From assembly GCA_002269645.1 (NCBI GenBank), contig NIVC01000260.1, forward strand, positions 1 through 64,000: a stretch of 64,000 nucleotides of DNA, written 5' to 3'. Under the pieces are notes generated by a model. It had not been told where the DNA came from, searched no databases, and saw nothing but the letters and a program-made list of their open reading frames with translations. The stretch comes from Macrostomum lignano. Its lineage: Eukaryota. The translations under genes and the position numbers were made by a program. Shown here in pieces: positions 27,967 to 42,900 of this stretch (positions are counted from its first letter, which is position 1; each line of letters starts with the position of its first letter).

Positions 27967-30900
27967 AGGGCGATTCTTACAGACAGTCAGGGGCGATTCT
28001 TACAGACAGTCAAGGGCGATTCTTACAGACAGTCAAGGGCGATTCTTACAGACAGTCAAGGGCGATTCTTACAGACAGTCAAGGGCGATTCTTACAGACA
28101 GTCAAGGGCGATTCTTACAGACAGTCAAGGGCGATTCTTACAGACAGTCAAGGGCGATTCTTACAGACAGTCAAGGGCGATTCTTACAGACAGTCAAGGG
28201 CGATTCTTACAGACAGTCAAGGGCGATTCTTACAGACAGTCAGGGGCGATTCTTACAGACAGTCAGGGGCGATTCTTACAGACAGTCAAGGGCGATTCTT
28301 ACAGACAGTCAAGGGCGATTCTTACAGACAGTCAAGGGCGATTCTTACAGACAGTCAAGGGCGATTCTTACAGACAGTCAGGGGCGATTCTTACAGACAG
28401 TCAAGGGCGATTCTTACAGACAGTCAGGGGCGATTCTTACAGACAGTCAAGGGCGATTCTTACAGACAGTCAAGGGCGATTCTTACAGACAGTCAAGGGC
28501 GATTCTTACAGACAGTCAAGGGCGATTCTTACAGACAGTCAAGGGCGATTCTTACAGACAGTCAAGGGCGATTCTTACAGACAGTCAAGGGCGATTCTTA
28601 CAGACAGTCAAGGGCGATTCTTACAGACAGTCAAGGGCGATTCTTACAGACAGTCAAGGGCGATTCTTACAGACAGTCAAGGGCGATTCTTACAGACAGT
28701 CAAGGGCGATTCTTACAGACAGTCAAGGGCGATTCTTACAGACAGTCAAGGGCGATTCTTACAGACAGTCAAGGGCGATTCTTACAGACAGTCAAGGGCG
28801 ATTCTTACAGACAGTCAAGGGCGATTCTTACTGACAGTCAGGGGCGATTCTTACAGACAGTCAAGGGCGATTCTTACAGACAGTCAAGAGCGATTCTTAC
28901 AGACAGTCAGGGCGATTCTTACAGACAGTCAAGGGCGATTCTTACAGACAGTCAAGGGCGATTCTTACAGACAGTCAGGGGCGATTCTTACTGACAGTCA
29001 GGGGCGATTCTTACTGACAGTCAAGGGCGATTCTTACTAACAGTCAGGGGCGATTCTTACAGACAGTCAAGGGCGATTCTTACAGACAGTCAAGGGCGAT
29101 TTTTACAGACAGTCAAGGGCGATTCTTACAACAGTCAGGGCGATTCTTACTGACAGTCAAGGGCGATTCTTACTGACAGTCAGGGCGATTCTTACAGACA
29201 GACAGTCAGGGCGATTCTTACAGACAGTCAGGGCGATTCTTACAGACAGTCAGGGCGATTCTTACAGACAGTTCAAGGGCGATTCTTACAGACAGTCAAG
29301 GGCGATTCTTACAGACAGTCAAGGGCGATTCTTACAGACAGTCAGGGCGATTCTTACAGACAGTCAAGGGCGATTCTTACAGACAGTCAAGGGCGATTCT
29401 TACAGACAGTCAAGGGCGATTCTTACAGACAGTCAAGGGCGATTCTTACAGACAGTCAGGGCGATTCTTACAGACAGTCAAGGGCGATTCTTACAGACAG
29501 TCAAGGGCGATTCTTACAGACAGTCAAGGGCGATTCTTACAGACAGTCAAGGGCGATTCTTACAGACAGTCAAGGGCGATTCTTACAGACAGTCAAGGGC
29601 GATTCTTACAGACAGTCAAGGGCGATTCTTACAGACAGTCAAGGGCGATTCTTACAGACAGTCAAGGGCGATTCTTACAGACAGTCAAGGGCGATTCTTA
29701 CAGACAGTCAAGGGCGATTCTTACAGACAGTCAGGGCGATTCTTACAGACAGTCAAGGGCGATTCTTACAGACAGTCAAGGGCGATTCTTACAGACAGTC
29801 AAGGGCGATTCTTACAGACAGTCAAGGGCGATTCTTACAGACAGTCAAGGGCGATTCTTACAGACAGTCAAGGGCGATTCTTACAGACAGTCAAGGGCGA
29901 TTCTTACAGACAGTCAAGGGCGATTCTTACAGACAGTCAAGGGCGATTCTTACAGACAGTCAAGGGCGATTCTTACAGACAGTCAAGGGCGATTCTTACA
30001 GACAGTCAAGGGCGATTCTTACAGACAGTCAAGGGCGATTCTTACAGACAGTCAAGGGCGATTCTTACAGACAGTCAAGGGCGATTCTTACAGACAGTCA
30101 AGGGCGATTCTTACAGACAGTCAAGGGCGATTCTTACAGACAGTCAAGGGCGATTCTTACAGACAGTCAAGGGCGATTCTTACAGACAGTCAAGGGCGAT
30201 TCTTACAGACAGTCAAGGGCGATTCTTACAGACAGTCAAGGGCGATTCTTACAGACAGTCAAGGGCGATTCTTACAGACAGTCAAGGGCGATTCTTACAG
30301 ACAGTCAAGGGCGATTCTTACAGACAGTCAAGGGCGATTCTTACAGACAGTCAAGGGCGATTCTTACAGACAGTCAAGGGCGATTCTTACAGACAGTCAA
30401 GGGCGATTCTTACAGACAGTCAAGGGCGATTCTTACAGACAGTCAAGGGCGATTCTTACAGACAGTCAAGGGCGATTCTTACAGACAGTCAAGGGCGATT
30501 CTTACAGACAGTCAAGGGCGATTCTTACAGACAGTCAAGGGCGATTCTTACAGACAGTCAAGGGCGATTCTTACAGACAGTCAAGGGCGATTCTTACAGA
30601 CAGTCAAGGGCGATTCTTACAGACAGTCAAGGGCGATTCTTACAGACAGTCAAGGGCGATTCTTACAGACAGTCAAGGGCGATTCTTACAGACAGTCAAG
30701 GGCGATTCTTACAGACAGTCAAGGGCGATTCTTACAGACAGTCAAGGGCGATTCTTACAGACAGTCAAGGGCGATTCTTACAGACAGTCAAGGGCGATTC
30801 TTACAGACAGTCAAGGGCGATTCTTACAGACAGTCAAGGGCGATTCTTACAGACAGTCAAGGGCGATTCTTACAGACAGTCAAGGGCGATTCTTACAGAC

Positions 30901-33900
30901 AGTCAAGGGCGATTCTTACAGACAGTCAAGGGCGATTCTTACAGACAGTCAAGGGCGATTCTTACAGACAGTCAAGGGCGATTCTTACAGACAGTCAAGG
31001 GCGATTCTTACAGACAGTCAAGGGCGATTCTTACAGACAGTCAAGGGCGATTCTTACAGACAGTCAAGGGCGATTCTTACAGACAGTCAAGGGCGATTCT
31101 TACAGACAGTCAAGGGCGATTCTTACAGACAGTCAAGGGCGATTCTTACAGACAGTCAAGGGCGATTCTTACAGACAGTCAAGGGCGATTCTTACAGACA
31201 GTCAAGGGCGATTCTTACAGACAGTCAAGGGCGATTCTTACAGACAGTCAAGGGCGATTCTTACAGACAGTCAAGGGCGATTCTTACAGACAGTCAAGGG
31301 CGATTCTTACAGACAGTCAAGGGCGATTCTTACAGACAGTCAAGGGCGATTCTTACAGACAGTCAAGGGCGATTCTTACAGACAGTCAAGGGCGATTCTT
31401 ACAGACAGTCAAGGGCGATTCTTACAGACAGTCAAGGGCGATTCTTACAGACAGTCAAGGGCGATTCTTACAGACAGTCAAGGGCGATTCTTACAGACAG
31501 TCAAGGGCGATTCTTACAGACAGTCAAGGGCGATTCTTACAGACAGTCAAGGGCGATTCTTACAGACAGTCAAGGGCGATTCTTACAGACAGTCAAGGGC
31601 GATTCTTACAGACAGTCAAGGGCGATTCTTACAGACAGTCAAGGGCGATTCTTACAGACAGTCAAGGGCGATTCTTACAGACAGTCAAGGGCGATTCTTA
31701 CAGACAGTCAAGGGCGATTCTTACAGACAGTCAAGGGCGATTCTTACAGACAGTCAAGGGCGATTCTTACAGACAGTCAAGGGCGATTCTTACAGACAGT
31801 CAGGGCGATTCTTACAGACAGTCAAGGGCGATTCTTACAGACAGTCAAGGGCGATTCTTACAGACAGTCAAGGGCGATTCTTACAGACAGTCAAGGGCGA
31901 TTCTTACAGACAGTCAAGGGCGATTCTTACAGACAGTCAAGGGCGATTCTTACAGACAGTCAAGGGCGATTCTTACAGACAGTCAAGGGCGATTCTTACA
32001 GACAGTCAAGGGCGATTCTTACAGACAGTCAAGGGCGATTCTTACAGACAGTCAAGGGCGATTCTTACAGACAGTCAAGGGCGATTCTTACAGACAGTCA
32101 AGGGCGATTCTTACAGACAGTCAAGGGCGATTCTTACAGACAGTCAAGGGCGATTCTTACAGACAGTCAAGGGCGATTCTTACAGACAGTCAAGGGCGAT
32201 TCTTACAGACAGTCAAGGGCGATTCTTACAGACAGTCAAGGGCGATTCTTACAGACAGTCAAGGGCGATTCTTACAGACAGTCAGGGCGATTCTTACAGA
32301 CAGTCAAGGGCGATTCTTACAGACAGTCAAGGGCGATTCTTACAGACAGTCAAGGGCGATTCTTACAGACAGTCAGGGCGATTCTTACAGACAGTCAAGG
32401 GCGATTCTTACAGACAGTCAGGGCGATTCTTACAGACAGTCAAGGGCGATTCTTACAGACAGTCAAGGGCGATTCTTACAGACAGTCAAGGGCGATTCTT
32501 ACAGACAGTCAGGGCGATTCTTACAGACAGTCAAGGGCGATTCTTACAGACAGTCAAGGGCGATTCTTACAGACAGACAGTCAAGGGCGATTCTTACAGA
32601 CAGTCAAGGGCGATTCTTACAGACAGTCAAGGGCGATTCTTACAGACAGTCAAGGGCGATTCTTACAGACAGTCAAGGGCGATTCTTACAGACAGTCAAG
32701 GGCGATTCTTACAGACAGTCAGGGCGATTCTTACAGACAGTCAAGGGCGATTCTTACAGACAGTCAAGGGCGATTCTTACAGACAGTCAAGGGCGATTCT
32801 TACAGACAGTCAAGGGCGATTCTTACAGACAGTCAAGGGCGATTCTTACAGACAGTCAAGGGCGATTCTTACAGACAGTCAAGGGCGATTCTTACAGACA
32901 GTCAAGGGCGATTCTTACAGACAGTCAAGGGCGATTCTTACAGACAGTCAAGGGCGATTCTTACAGACAGTCAAGGGCGATTCTTACAGACAGTCAAGGG
33001 CGATTCTTACAGACAGTCAAGGGCGATTCTTACAGACAGTCAAGGGCGATTCTTACAGACAGTCAAGGGCGATTCTTACAGACAGTCAAGGGCGATTCTT
33101 ACAGACAGTCAAGGGCGATTCTTACAGACAGTCAAGGGCGATTCTTACAGACAGTCAAGGGCGATTCTTACAGACAGTCAAGGGCGATTCTTACAGACAG
33201 TCAAGGGCGATTCTTACAGACAGTCAAGGGCGATTCTTACAGACAGTCAAGGGCGATTCTTACAGACAGTCAAGGGCGATTCTTACAGACAGTCAAGGGC
33301 GATTCTTACAGACAGTCAAGGGCGATTCTTACAGACAGTCAAGGGCGATTCTTACAGACAGTCAAGGGCGATTCTTACAGACAGTCAAGGGCGATTCTTA
33401 CAGACAGTCAAGGGCGATTCTTACAGACAGTCAAGGGCGATTCTTACAGACAGTCAAGGGCGATTCTTACAGACAGTCAAGGGCGATTCTTACAGACAGT
33501 CAAGGGCGATTCTTACAGACAGTCAAGGGCGATTCTTACAGACAGTCAAGGGCGATTCTTACAGACAGTCAAGGGCGATTCTTACAGACAGTCAAGGGCG
33601 ATTCTTACAGACAGTCAAGGGCGATTCTTACAGACAGTCAAGGGCGATTCTTACAGACAGTCAAGGGCGATTCTTACAGACAGTCAAGGGCGATTCTTAC
33701 AGACAGTCAAGGGCGATTCTTACAGACAGTCAAGGGCGATTCTTACAGACAGTCAAGGGCGATTCTTACAGACAGTCAAGGGCGATTCTTACAGACAGTC
33801 AAGGGCGATTCTTACAGACAGTCAAGGGCGATTCTTACAGACAGTCAAGGGCGATTCTTACAGACAGTCAAGGGCGATTCTTACAGACAGTCAAGGGCGA

Positions 33901-36900
33901 TTCTTACAGACAGTCAAGGGCGATTCTTACAGACAGTCAAGGGCGATTCTTACAGACAGTCAAGGGCGATTCTTACAGACAGTCAAGGGCGATTCTTACA
34001 GACAGTCAAGGGCGATTCTTACAGACAGTCAAGGGCGATTCTTACAGACAGTCAAGGGCGATTCTTACAGACAGTCAAGGGCGATTCTTACAGACAGTCA
34101 AGGGCGATTCTTACAGACAGTCAAGGGCGATTCTTACAGACAGTCAAGGGCGATTCTTACAGACAGTCAAGGGCGATTCTTACAGACAGTCAAGGGCGAT
34201 TCTTACAGACAGTCAAGGGCGATTCTTACAGACAGTCAAGGGCGATTCTTACAGACAGTCAAGGGCGATTCTTACAGACAGTCAAGGGCGATTCTTACAG
34301 ACAGTCAAGGGCGATTCTTACAGACAGTCAAGGGCGATTCTTACAGACAGTCAAGGGCGATTCTTACAGACAGTCAAGGGCGATTCTTACAGACAGTCAA
34401 GGGCGATTCTTACAGACAGTCAAGGGCGATTCTTACAGACAGTCAAGGGCGATTCTTACAGACAGTCAAGGGCGATTCTTACAGACAGTCAAGGGCGATT
34501 CTTACAGACAGTCAAGGGCGATTCTTACAGACAGTCAAGGGCGATTCTTACAGACAGTCAAGGGCGATTCTTACAGACAGTCAAGGGCGATTCTTACAGA
34601 CAGTCAAGGGCGATTCTTACAGACAGTCAAGGGCGATTCTTACAGACAGTCAAGGGCGATTCTTACAGACAGTCAAGGGCGATTCTTACAGACAGTCAAG
34701 GGCGATTCTTACAGACAGTCAAGGGCGATTCTTACAGACAGTCAAGGGCGATTCTTACAGACAGTCAAGGGCGATTCTTACAGACAGTCAAGGGCGATTC
34801 TTACAGACAGTCAAGGGCGATTCTTACAGACAGTCAAGGGCGATTCTTACAGACAGTCAAGGGCGATTCTTACAGACAGTCAAGGGCGATTCTTACAGAC
34901 AGTCAAGGGCGATTCTTACAGACAGTCAAGGGCGATTCTTACAGACAGTCAAGGGCGATTCTTACAGACAGTCAAGGGCGATTCTTACAGACAGTCAAGG
35001 GCGATTCTTACAGACAGTCAAGGGCGATTCTTACAGACAGTCAAGGGCGATTCTTACAGACAGTCAAGGGCGATTCTTACAGACAGTCAAGGGCGATTCT
35101 TACAGACAGTCAAGGGCGATTCTTACAGACAGTCAAGGGCGATTCTTACAGACAGTCAAGGGCGATTCTTACAGACAGTCAAGGGCGATTCTTACAGACA
35201 GTCAAGGGCGATTCTTACAGACAGTCAAGGGCGATTCTTACAGACAGTCAAGGGCGATTCTTACAGACAGTCAAGGGCGATTCTTACAGACAGTCAAGGG
35301 CGATTCTTACAGACAGTCAAGGGCGATTCTTACAGACAGTCAAGGGCGATTCTTACAGACAGTCAAGGGCGATTCTTACAGACAGTCAAGGGCGATTCTT
35401 ACAGACAGTCAAGGGCGATTCTTACAGACAGTCAAGGGCGATTCTTACAGACAGTCAAGGGCGATTCTTACAGACAGTCAAGGGCGATTCTTACAGACAG
35501 TCAAGGGCGATTCTTACAGACAGTCAAGGGCGATTCTTACAGACAGTCAAGGGCGATTCTTACAGACAGTCAAGGGCGATTCTTACAGACAGTCAAGGGC
35601 GATTCTTACAGACAGTCAAGGGCGATTCTTACAGACAGTCAAGGGCGATTCTTACAGACAGTCAAGGGCGATTCTTACAGACAGTCAAGGGCGATTCTTA
35701 CAGACAGTCAAGGGCGATTCTTACAGACAGTCAAGGGCGATTCTTACAGACAGTCAAGGGCGATTCTTACAGACAGTCAAGGGCGATTCTTACAGACAGT
35801 CAAGGGCGATTCTTACAGACAGTCAAGGGCGATTCTTACAGACAGTCAAGGGCGATTCTTACAGACAGTCAAGGGCGATTCTTACAGACAGTCAAGGGCG
35901 ATTCTTACAGACAGTCAAGGGCGATTCTTACAGACAGTCAAGGGCGATTCTTACAGACAGTCAAGGGCGATTCTTACAGACAGTCAAGGGCGATTCTTAC
36001 AGACAGTCAAGGGCGATTCTTACAGACAGTCAAGGGCGATTCTTACAGACAGTCAAGGGCGATTCTTACAGACAGTCAAGGGCGATTCTTACAGACAGTC
36101 AAGGGCGATTCTTACAGACAGTCAAGGGCGATTCTTACAGACAGTCAAGGGCGATTCTTACAGACAGTCAAGGGCGATTCTTACAGACAGTCAAGGGCGA
36201 TTCTTACAGACAGTCAAGGGCGATTCTTACAGACAGTCAAGGGCGATTCTTACAGACAGTCAAGGGCGATTCTTACAGACAGTCAAGGGCGATTCTTACA
36301 GACAGTCAAGGGCGATTCTTACAGACAGTCAAGGGCGATTCTTACAGACAGTCAAGGGCGATTCTTACAGACAGTCAAGGGCGATTCTTACAGACAGTCA
36401 AGGGCGATTCTTACAGACAGTCAAGGGCGATTCTTACAGACAGTCAAGGGCGATTCTTACAGACAGTCAAGGGCGATTCTTACAGACAGTCAAGGGCGAT
36501 TCTTACAGACAGTCAAGGGCGATTCTTACAGACAGTCAAGGGCGATTCTTACAGACAGTCAAGGGCGATTCTTACAGACAGTCAAGGGCGATTCTTACAG
36601 ACAGTCAAGGGCGATTCTTACAGACAGTCAAGGGCGATTCTTACAGACAGTCAAGGGCGATTCTTACAGACAGTCAAGGGCGATTCTTACAGACAGTCAA
36701 GGGCGATTCTTACAGACAGTCAAGGGCGATTCTTACAGACAGTCAAGGGCGATTCTTACAGACAGTCAAGGGCGATTCTTACAGACAGTCAAGGGCGATT
36801 CTTACAGACAGTCAAGGGCGATTCTTACAGACAGTCAAGGGCGATTCTTACAGACAGTCAAGGGCGATTCTTACAGACAGTCAAGGGCGATTCTTACAGA

Positions 36901-39900
36901 CAGTCAAGGGCGATTCTTACAGACAGTCAAGGGCGATTCTTACAGACAGTCAAGGGCGATTCTTACAGACAGTCAAGGGCGATTCTTACAGACAGTCAAG
37001 GGCGATTCTTACAGACAGTCAAGGGCGATTCTTACAGACAGTCAAGGGCGATTCTTACAGACAGTCAAGGGCGATTCTTACAGACAGTCAAGGGCGATTC
37101 TTACAGACAGTCAAGGGCGATTCTTACAGACAGTCAAGGGCGATTCTTACAGACAGTCAAGGGCGATTCTTACAGACAGTCAAGGGCGATTCTTACAGAC
37201 AGTCAAGGGCGATTCTTACAGACAGTCAAGGGCGATTCTTACAGACAGTCAAGGGCGATTCTTACAGACAGTCAAGGGCGATTCTTACAGACAGTCAAGG
37301 GCGATTCTTACAGACAGTCAAGGGCGATTCTTACAGACAGTCAAGGGCGATTCTTACAGACAGTCAAGGGCGATTCTTACAGACAGTCAAGGGCGATTCT
37401 TACAGACAGTCAAGGGCGATTCTTACAGACAGTCAAGGGCGATTCTTACAGACAGTCAAGGGCGATTCTTACAGACAGTCAAGGGCGATTCTTACAGACA
37501 GTCAAGGGCGATTCTTACAGACAGTCAAGGGCGATTCTTACAGACAGTCAAGGGCGATTCTTACAGACAGTCAAGGGCGATTCTTACAGACAGTCAAGGG
37601 CGATTCTTACAGACAGTCAAGGGCGATTCTTACAGACAGTCAAGGGCGATTCTTACAGACAGTCAAGGGCGATTCTTACAGACAGTCAAGGGCGATTCTT
37701 ACAGACAGTCAAGGGCGATTCTTACAGACAGTCAAGGGCGATTCTTACAGACAGTCAAGGGCGATTCTTACAGACAGTCAAGGGCGATTCTTACAGACAG
37801 TCAAGGGCGATTCTTACAGACAGTCAAGGGCGATTCTTACAGACAGTCAAGGGCGATTCTTACAGACAGTCAAGGGCGATTCTTACAGACAGTCAAGGGC
37901 GATTCTTACAGACAGTCAAGGGCGATTCTTACAGACAGTCAAGGGCGATTCTTACAGACAGTCAAGGGCGATTCTTACAGACAGTCAAGGGCGATTCTTA
38001 CAGACAGTCAAGGGCGATTCTTACAGACAGTCAAGGGCGATTCTTACAGACAGTCAAGGGCGATTCTTACAGACAGTCAAGGGCGATTCTTACAGACAGT
38101 CAAGGGCGATTCTTACAGACAGTCAAGGGCGATTCTTACAGACAGTCAAGGGCGATTCTTACAGACAGTCAAGGGCGATTCTTACAGACAGTCAAGGGCG
38201 ATTCTTACAGACAGTCAAGGGCGATTCTTACAGACAGTCAAGGGCGATTCTTACAGACAGTCAAGGGCGATTCTTACAGACAGTCAAGGGCGATTCTTAC
38301 AGACAGTCAAGGGCGATTCTTACAGACAGTCAAGGGCGATTCTTACAGACAGTCAAGGGCGATTCTTACAGACAGTCAAGGGCGATTCTTACAGACAGTC
38401 AAGGGCGATTCTTACAGACAGTCAAGGGCGATTCTTACAGACAGTCAAGGGCGATTCTTACAGACAGTCAAGGGCGATTCTTACAGACAGTCAAGGGCGA
38501 TTCTTACAGACAGTCAAGGGCGATTCTTACAGACAGTCAAGGGCGATTCTTACAGACAGTCAAGGGCGATTCTTACAGACAGTCAAGGGCGATTCTTACA
38601 GACAGTCAAGGGCGATTCTTACAGACAGTCAAGGGCGATTCTTACAGACAGTCAAGGGCGATTCTTACAGACAGTCAAGGGCGATTCTTACAGACAGTCA
38701 AGGGCGATTCTTACAGACAGTCAAGGGCGATTCTTACAGACAGTCAAGGGCGATTCTTACAGACAGTCAAGGGCGATTCTTACAGACAGTCAAGGGCGAT
38801 TCTTACAGACAGTCAAGGGCGATTCTTACAGACAGTCAAGGGCGATTCTTACAGACAGTCAAGGGCGATTCTTACAGACAGTCAAGGGCGATTCTTACAG
38901 ACAGTCAAGGGCGATTCTTACAGACAGTCAAGGGCGATTCTTACAGACAGTCAAGGGCGATTCTTACAGACAGTCAAGGGCGATTCTTACAGACAGTCAA
39001 GGGCGATTCTTACAGACAGTCAAGGGCGATTCTTACAGACAGTCAAGGGCGATTCTTACAGACAGTCAAGGGCGATTCTTACAGACAGTCAAGGGCGATT
39101 CTTACAGACAGTCAAGGGCGATTCTTACAGACAGTCAAGGGCGATTCTTACAGACAGTCAAGGGCGATTCTTACAGACAGTCAAGGGCGATTCTTACAGA
39201 CAGTCAAGGGCGATTCTTACAGACAGTCAAGGGCGATTCTTACAGACAGTCAAGGGCGATTCTTACAGACAGTCAAGGGCGATTCTTACAGACAGTCAAG
39301 GGCGATTCTTACAGACAGTCAAGGGCGATTCTTACAGACAGTCAAGGGCGATTCTTACAGACAGTCAAGGGCGATTCTTACAGACAGTCAAGGGCGATTC
39401 TTACAGACAGTCAAGGGCGATTCTTACAGACAGTCAAGGGCGATTCTTACAGACAGTCAAGGGCGATTCTTACAGACAGTCAAGGGCGATTCTTACAGAC
39501 AGTCAAGGGCGATTCTTACAGACAGTCAAGGGCGATTCTTACAGACAGTCAAGGGCGATTCTTACAGACAGTCAAGGGCGATTCTTACAGACAGTCAAGG
39601 GCGATTCTTACAGACAGTCAAGGGCGATTCTTACAGACAGTCAAGGGCGATTCTTACAGACAGTCAAGGGCGATTCTTACAGACAGTCAAGGGCGATTCT
39701 TACAGACAGTCAAGGGCGATTCTTACAGACAGTCAAGGGCGATTCTTACAGACAGTCAAGGGCGATTCTTACAGACAGTCAAGGGCGATTCTTACAGACA
39801 GTCAAGGGCGATTCTTACAGACAGTCAAGGGCGATTCTTACAGACAGTCAAGGGCGATTCTTACAGACAGTCAAGGGCGATTCTTACAGACAGTCAAGGG

Positions 39901-42900
39901 CGATTCTTACAGACAGTCAAGGGCGATTCTTACAGACAGTCAAGGGCGATTCTTACAGACAGTCAAGGGCGATTCTTACAGACAGTCAAGGGCGATTCTT
40001 ACAGACAGTCAAGGGCGATTCTTACAGACAGTCAAGGGCGATTCTTACAGACAGTCAAGGGCGATTCTTACAGACAGTCAAGGGCGATTCTTACAGACAG
40101 TCAAGGGCGATTCTTACAGACAGTCAAGGGCGATTCTTACAGACAGTCAAGGGCGATTCTTACAGACAGTCAAGGGCGATTCTTACAGACAGTCAAGGGC
40201 GATTCTTACAGACAGTCAAGGGCGATTCTTACAGACAGTCAAGGGCGATTCTTACAGACAGTCAAGGGCGATTCTTACAGACAGTCAAGGGCGATTCTTA
40301 CAGACAGTCAAGGGCGATTCTTACAGACAGTCAAGGGCGATTCTTACAGACAGTCAAGGGCGATTCTTACAGACAGTCAAGGGCGATTCTTACAGACAGT
40401 CAAGGGCGATTCTTACAGACAGTCAAGGGCGATTCTTACAGACAGTCAAGGGCGATTCTTACAGACAGTCAAGGGCGATTCTTACAGACAGTCAAGGGCG
40501 ATTCTTACAGACAGTCAAGGGCGATTCTTACAGACAGTCAAGGGCGATTCTTACAGACAGTCAAGGGCGATTCTTACAGACAGTCAAGGGCGATTCTTAC
40601 AGACAGTCAAGGGCGATTCTTACAGACAGTCAAGGGCGATTCTTACAGACAGTCAAGGGCGATTCTTACAGACAGTCAAGGGCGATTCTTACAGACAGTC
40701 AAGGGCGATTCTTACAGACAGTCAAGGGCGATTCTTACAGACAGTCAAGGGCGATTCTTACAGACAGTCAAGGGCGATTCTTACAGACAGTCAAGGGCGA
40801 TTCTTACAGACAGTCAAGGGCGATTCTTACAGACAGTCAAGGGCGATTCTTACAGACAGTCAAGGGCGATTCTTACAGACAGTCAAGGGCGATTCTTACA
40901 GACAGTCAAGGGCGATTCTTACAGACAGTCAAGGGCGATTCTTACAGACAGTCAAGGGCGATTCTTACAGACAGTCAAGGGCGATTCTTACAGACAGTCA
41001 AGGGCGATTCTTACAGACAGTCAAGGGCGATTCTTACAGACAGTCAAGGGCGATTCTTACAGACAGTCAAGGGCGATTCTTACAGACAGTCAAGGGCGAT
41101 TCTTACAGACAGTCAAGGGCGATTCTTACAGACAGTCAAGGGCGATTCTTACAGACAGTCAAGGGCGATTCTTACAGACAGTCAAGGGCGATTCTTACAG
41201 ACAGTCAAGGGCGATTCTTACAGACAGTCAAGGGCGATTCTTACAGACAGTCAAGGGCGATTCTTACAGACAGTCAAGGGCGATTCTTACAGACAGTCAA
41301 GGGCGATTCTTACAGACAGTCAAGGGCGATTCTTACAGACAGTCAAGGGCGATTCTTACAGACAGTCAAGGGCGATTCTTACAGACAGTCAAGGGCGATT
41401 CTTACAGACAGTCAAGGGCGATTCTTACAGACAGTCAAGGGCGATTCTTACAGACAGTCAAGGGCGATTCTTACAGACAGTCAAGGGCGATTCTTACAGA
41501 CAGTCAAGGGCGATTCTTACAGACAGTCAAGGGCGATTCTTACAGACAGTCAAGGGCGATTCTTACAGACAGTCAAGGGCGATTCTTACAGACAGTCAAG
41601 GGCGATTCTTACAGACAGTCAAGGGCGATTCTTACAGACAGTCAAGGGCGATTCTTACAGACAGTCAAGGGCGATTCTTACAGACAGTCAAGGGCGATTC
41701 TTACAGACAGTCAAGGGCGATTCTTACAGACAGTCAAGGGCGATTCTTACAGACAGTCAAGGGCGATTCTTACAGACAGTCAAGGGCGATTCTTACAGAC
41801 AGTCAAGGGCGATTCTTACAGACAGTCAAGGGCGATTCTTACAGACAGTCAAGGGCGATTCTTACAGACAGTCAAGGGCGATTCTTACAGACAGTCAAGG
41901 GCGATTCTTACAGACAGTCAAGGGCGATTCTTACAGACAGTCAAGGGCGATTCTTACAGACAGTCAAGGGCGATTCTTACAGACAGTCAAGGGCGATTCT
42001 TACAGACAGTCAAGGGCGATTCTTACAGACAGTCAAGGGCGATTCTTACAGACAGTCAAGGGCGATTCTTACAGACAGTCAAGGGCGATTCTTACAGACA
42101 GTCAAGGGCGATTCTTACAGACAGTCAAGGGCGATTCTTACAGACAGTCAAGGGCGATTCTTACAGACAGTCAAGGGCGATTCTTACAGACAGTCAAGGG
42201 CGATTCTTACAGACAGTCAAGGGCGATTCTTACAGACAGTCAAGGGCGATTCTTACAGACAGTCAAGGGCGATTCTTACAGACAGTCAAGGGCGATTCTT
42301 ACAGACAGTCAAGGGCGATTCTTACAGACAGTCAAGGGCGATTCTTACAGACAGTCAAGGGCGATTCTTACAGACAGTCAAGGGCGATTCTTACAGACAG
42401 TCAAGGGCGATTCTTACAGACAGTCAAGGGCGATTCTTACAGACAGTCAAGGGCGATTCTTACAGACAGTCAAGGGCGATTCTTACAGACAGTCAAGGGC
42501 GATTCTTACAGACAGTCAAGGGCGATTCTTACAGACAGTCAAGGGCGATTCTTACAGACAGTCAAGGGCGATTCTTACAGACAGTCAAGGGCGATTCTTA
42601 CAGACAGTCAAGGGCGATTCTTACAGACAGTCAAGGGCGATTCTTACAGACAGTCAAGGGCGATTCTTACAGACAGTCAAGGGCGATTCTTACAGACAGT
42701 CAAGGGCGATTCTTACAGACAGTCAAGGGCGATTCTTACAGACAGTCAAGGGCGATTCTTACAGACAGTCAAGGGCGATTCTTACAGACAGTCAAGGGCG
42801 ATTCTTACAGACAGTCAAGGGCGATTCTTACAGACAGTCAAGGGCGATTCTTACAGACAGTCAAGGGCGATTCTTACAGACAGTCAAGGGCGATTCTTAC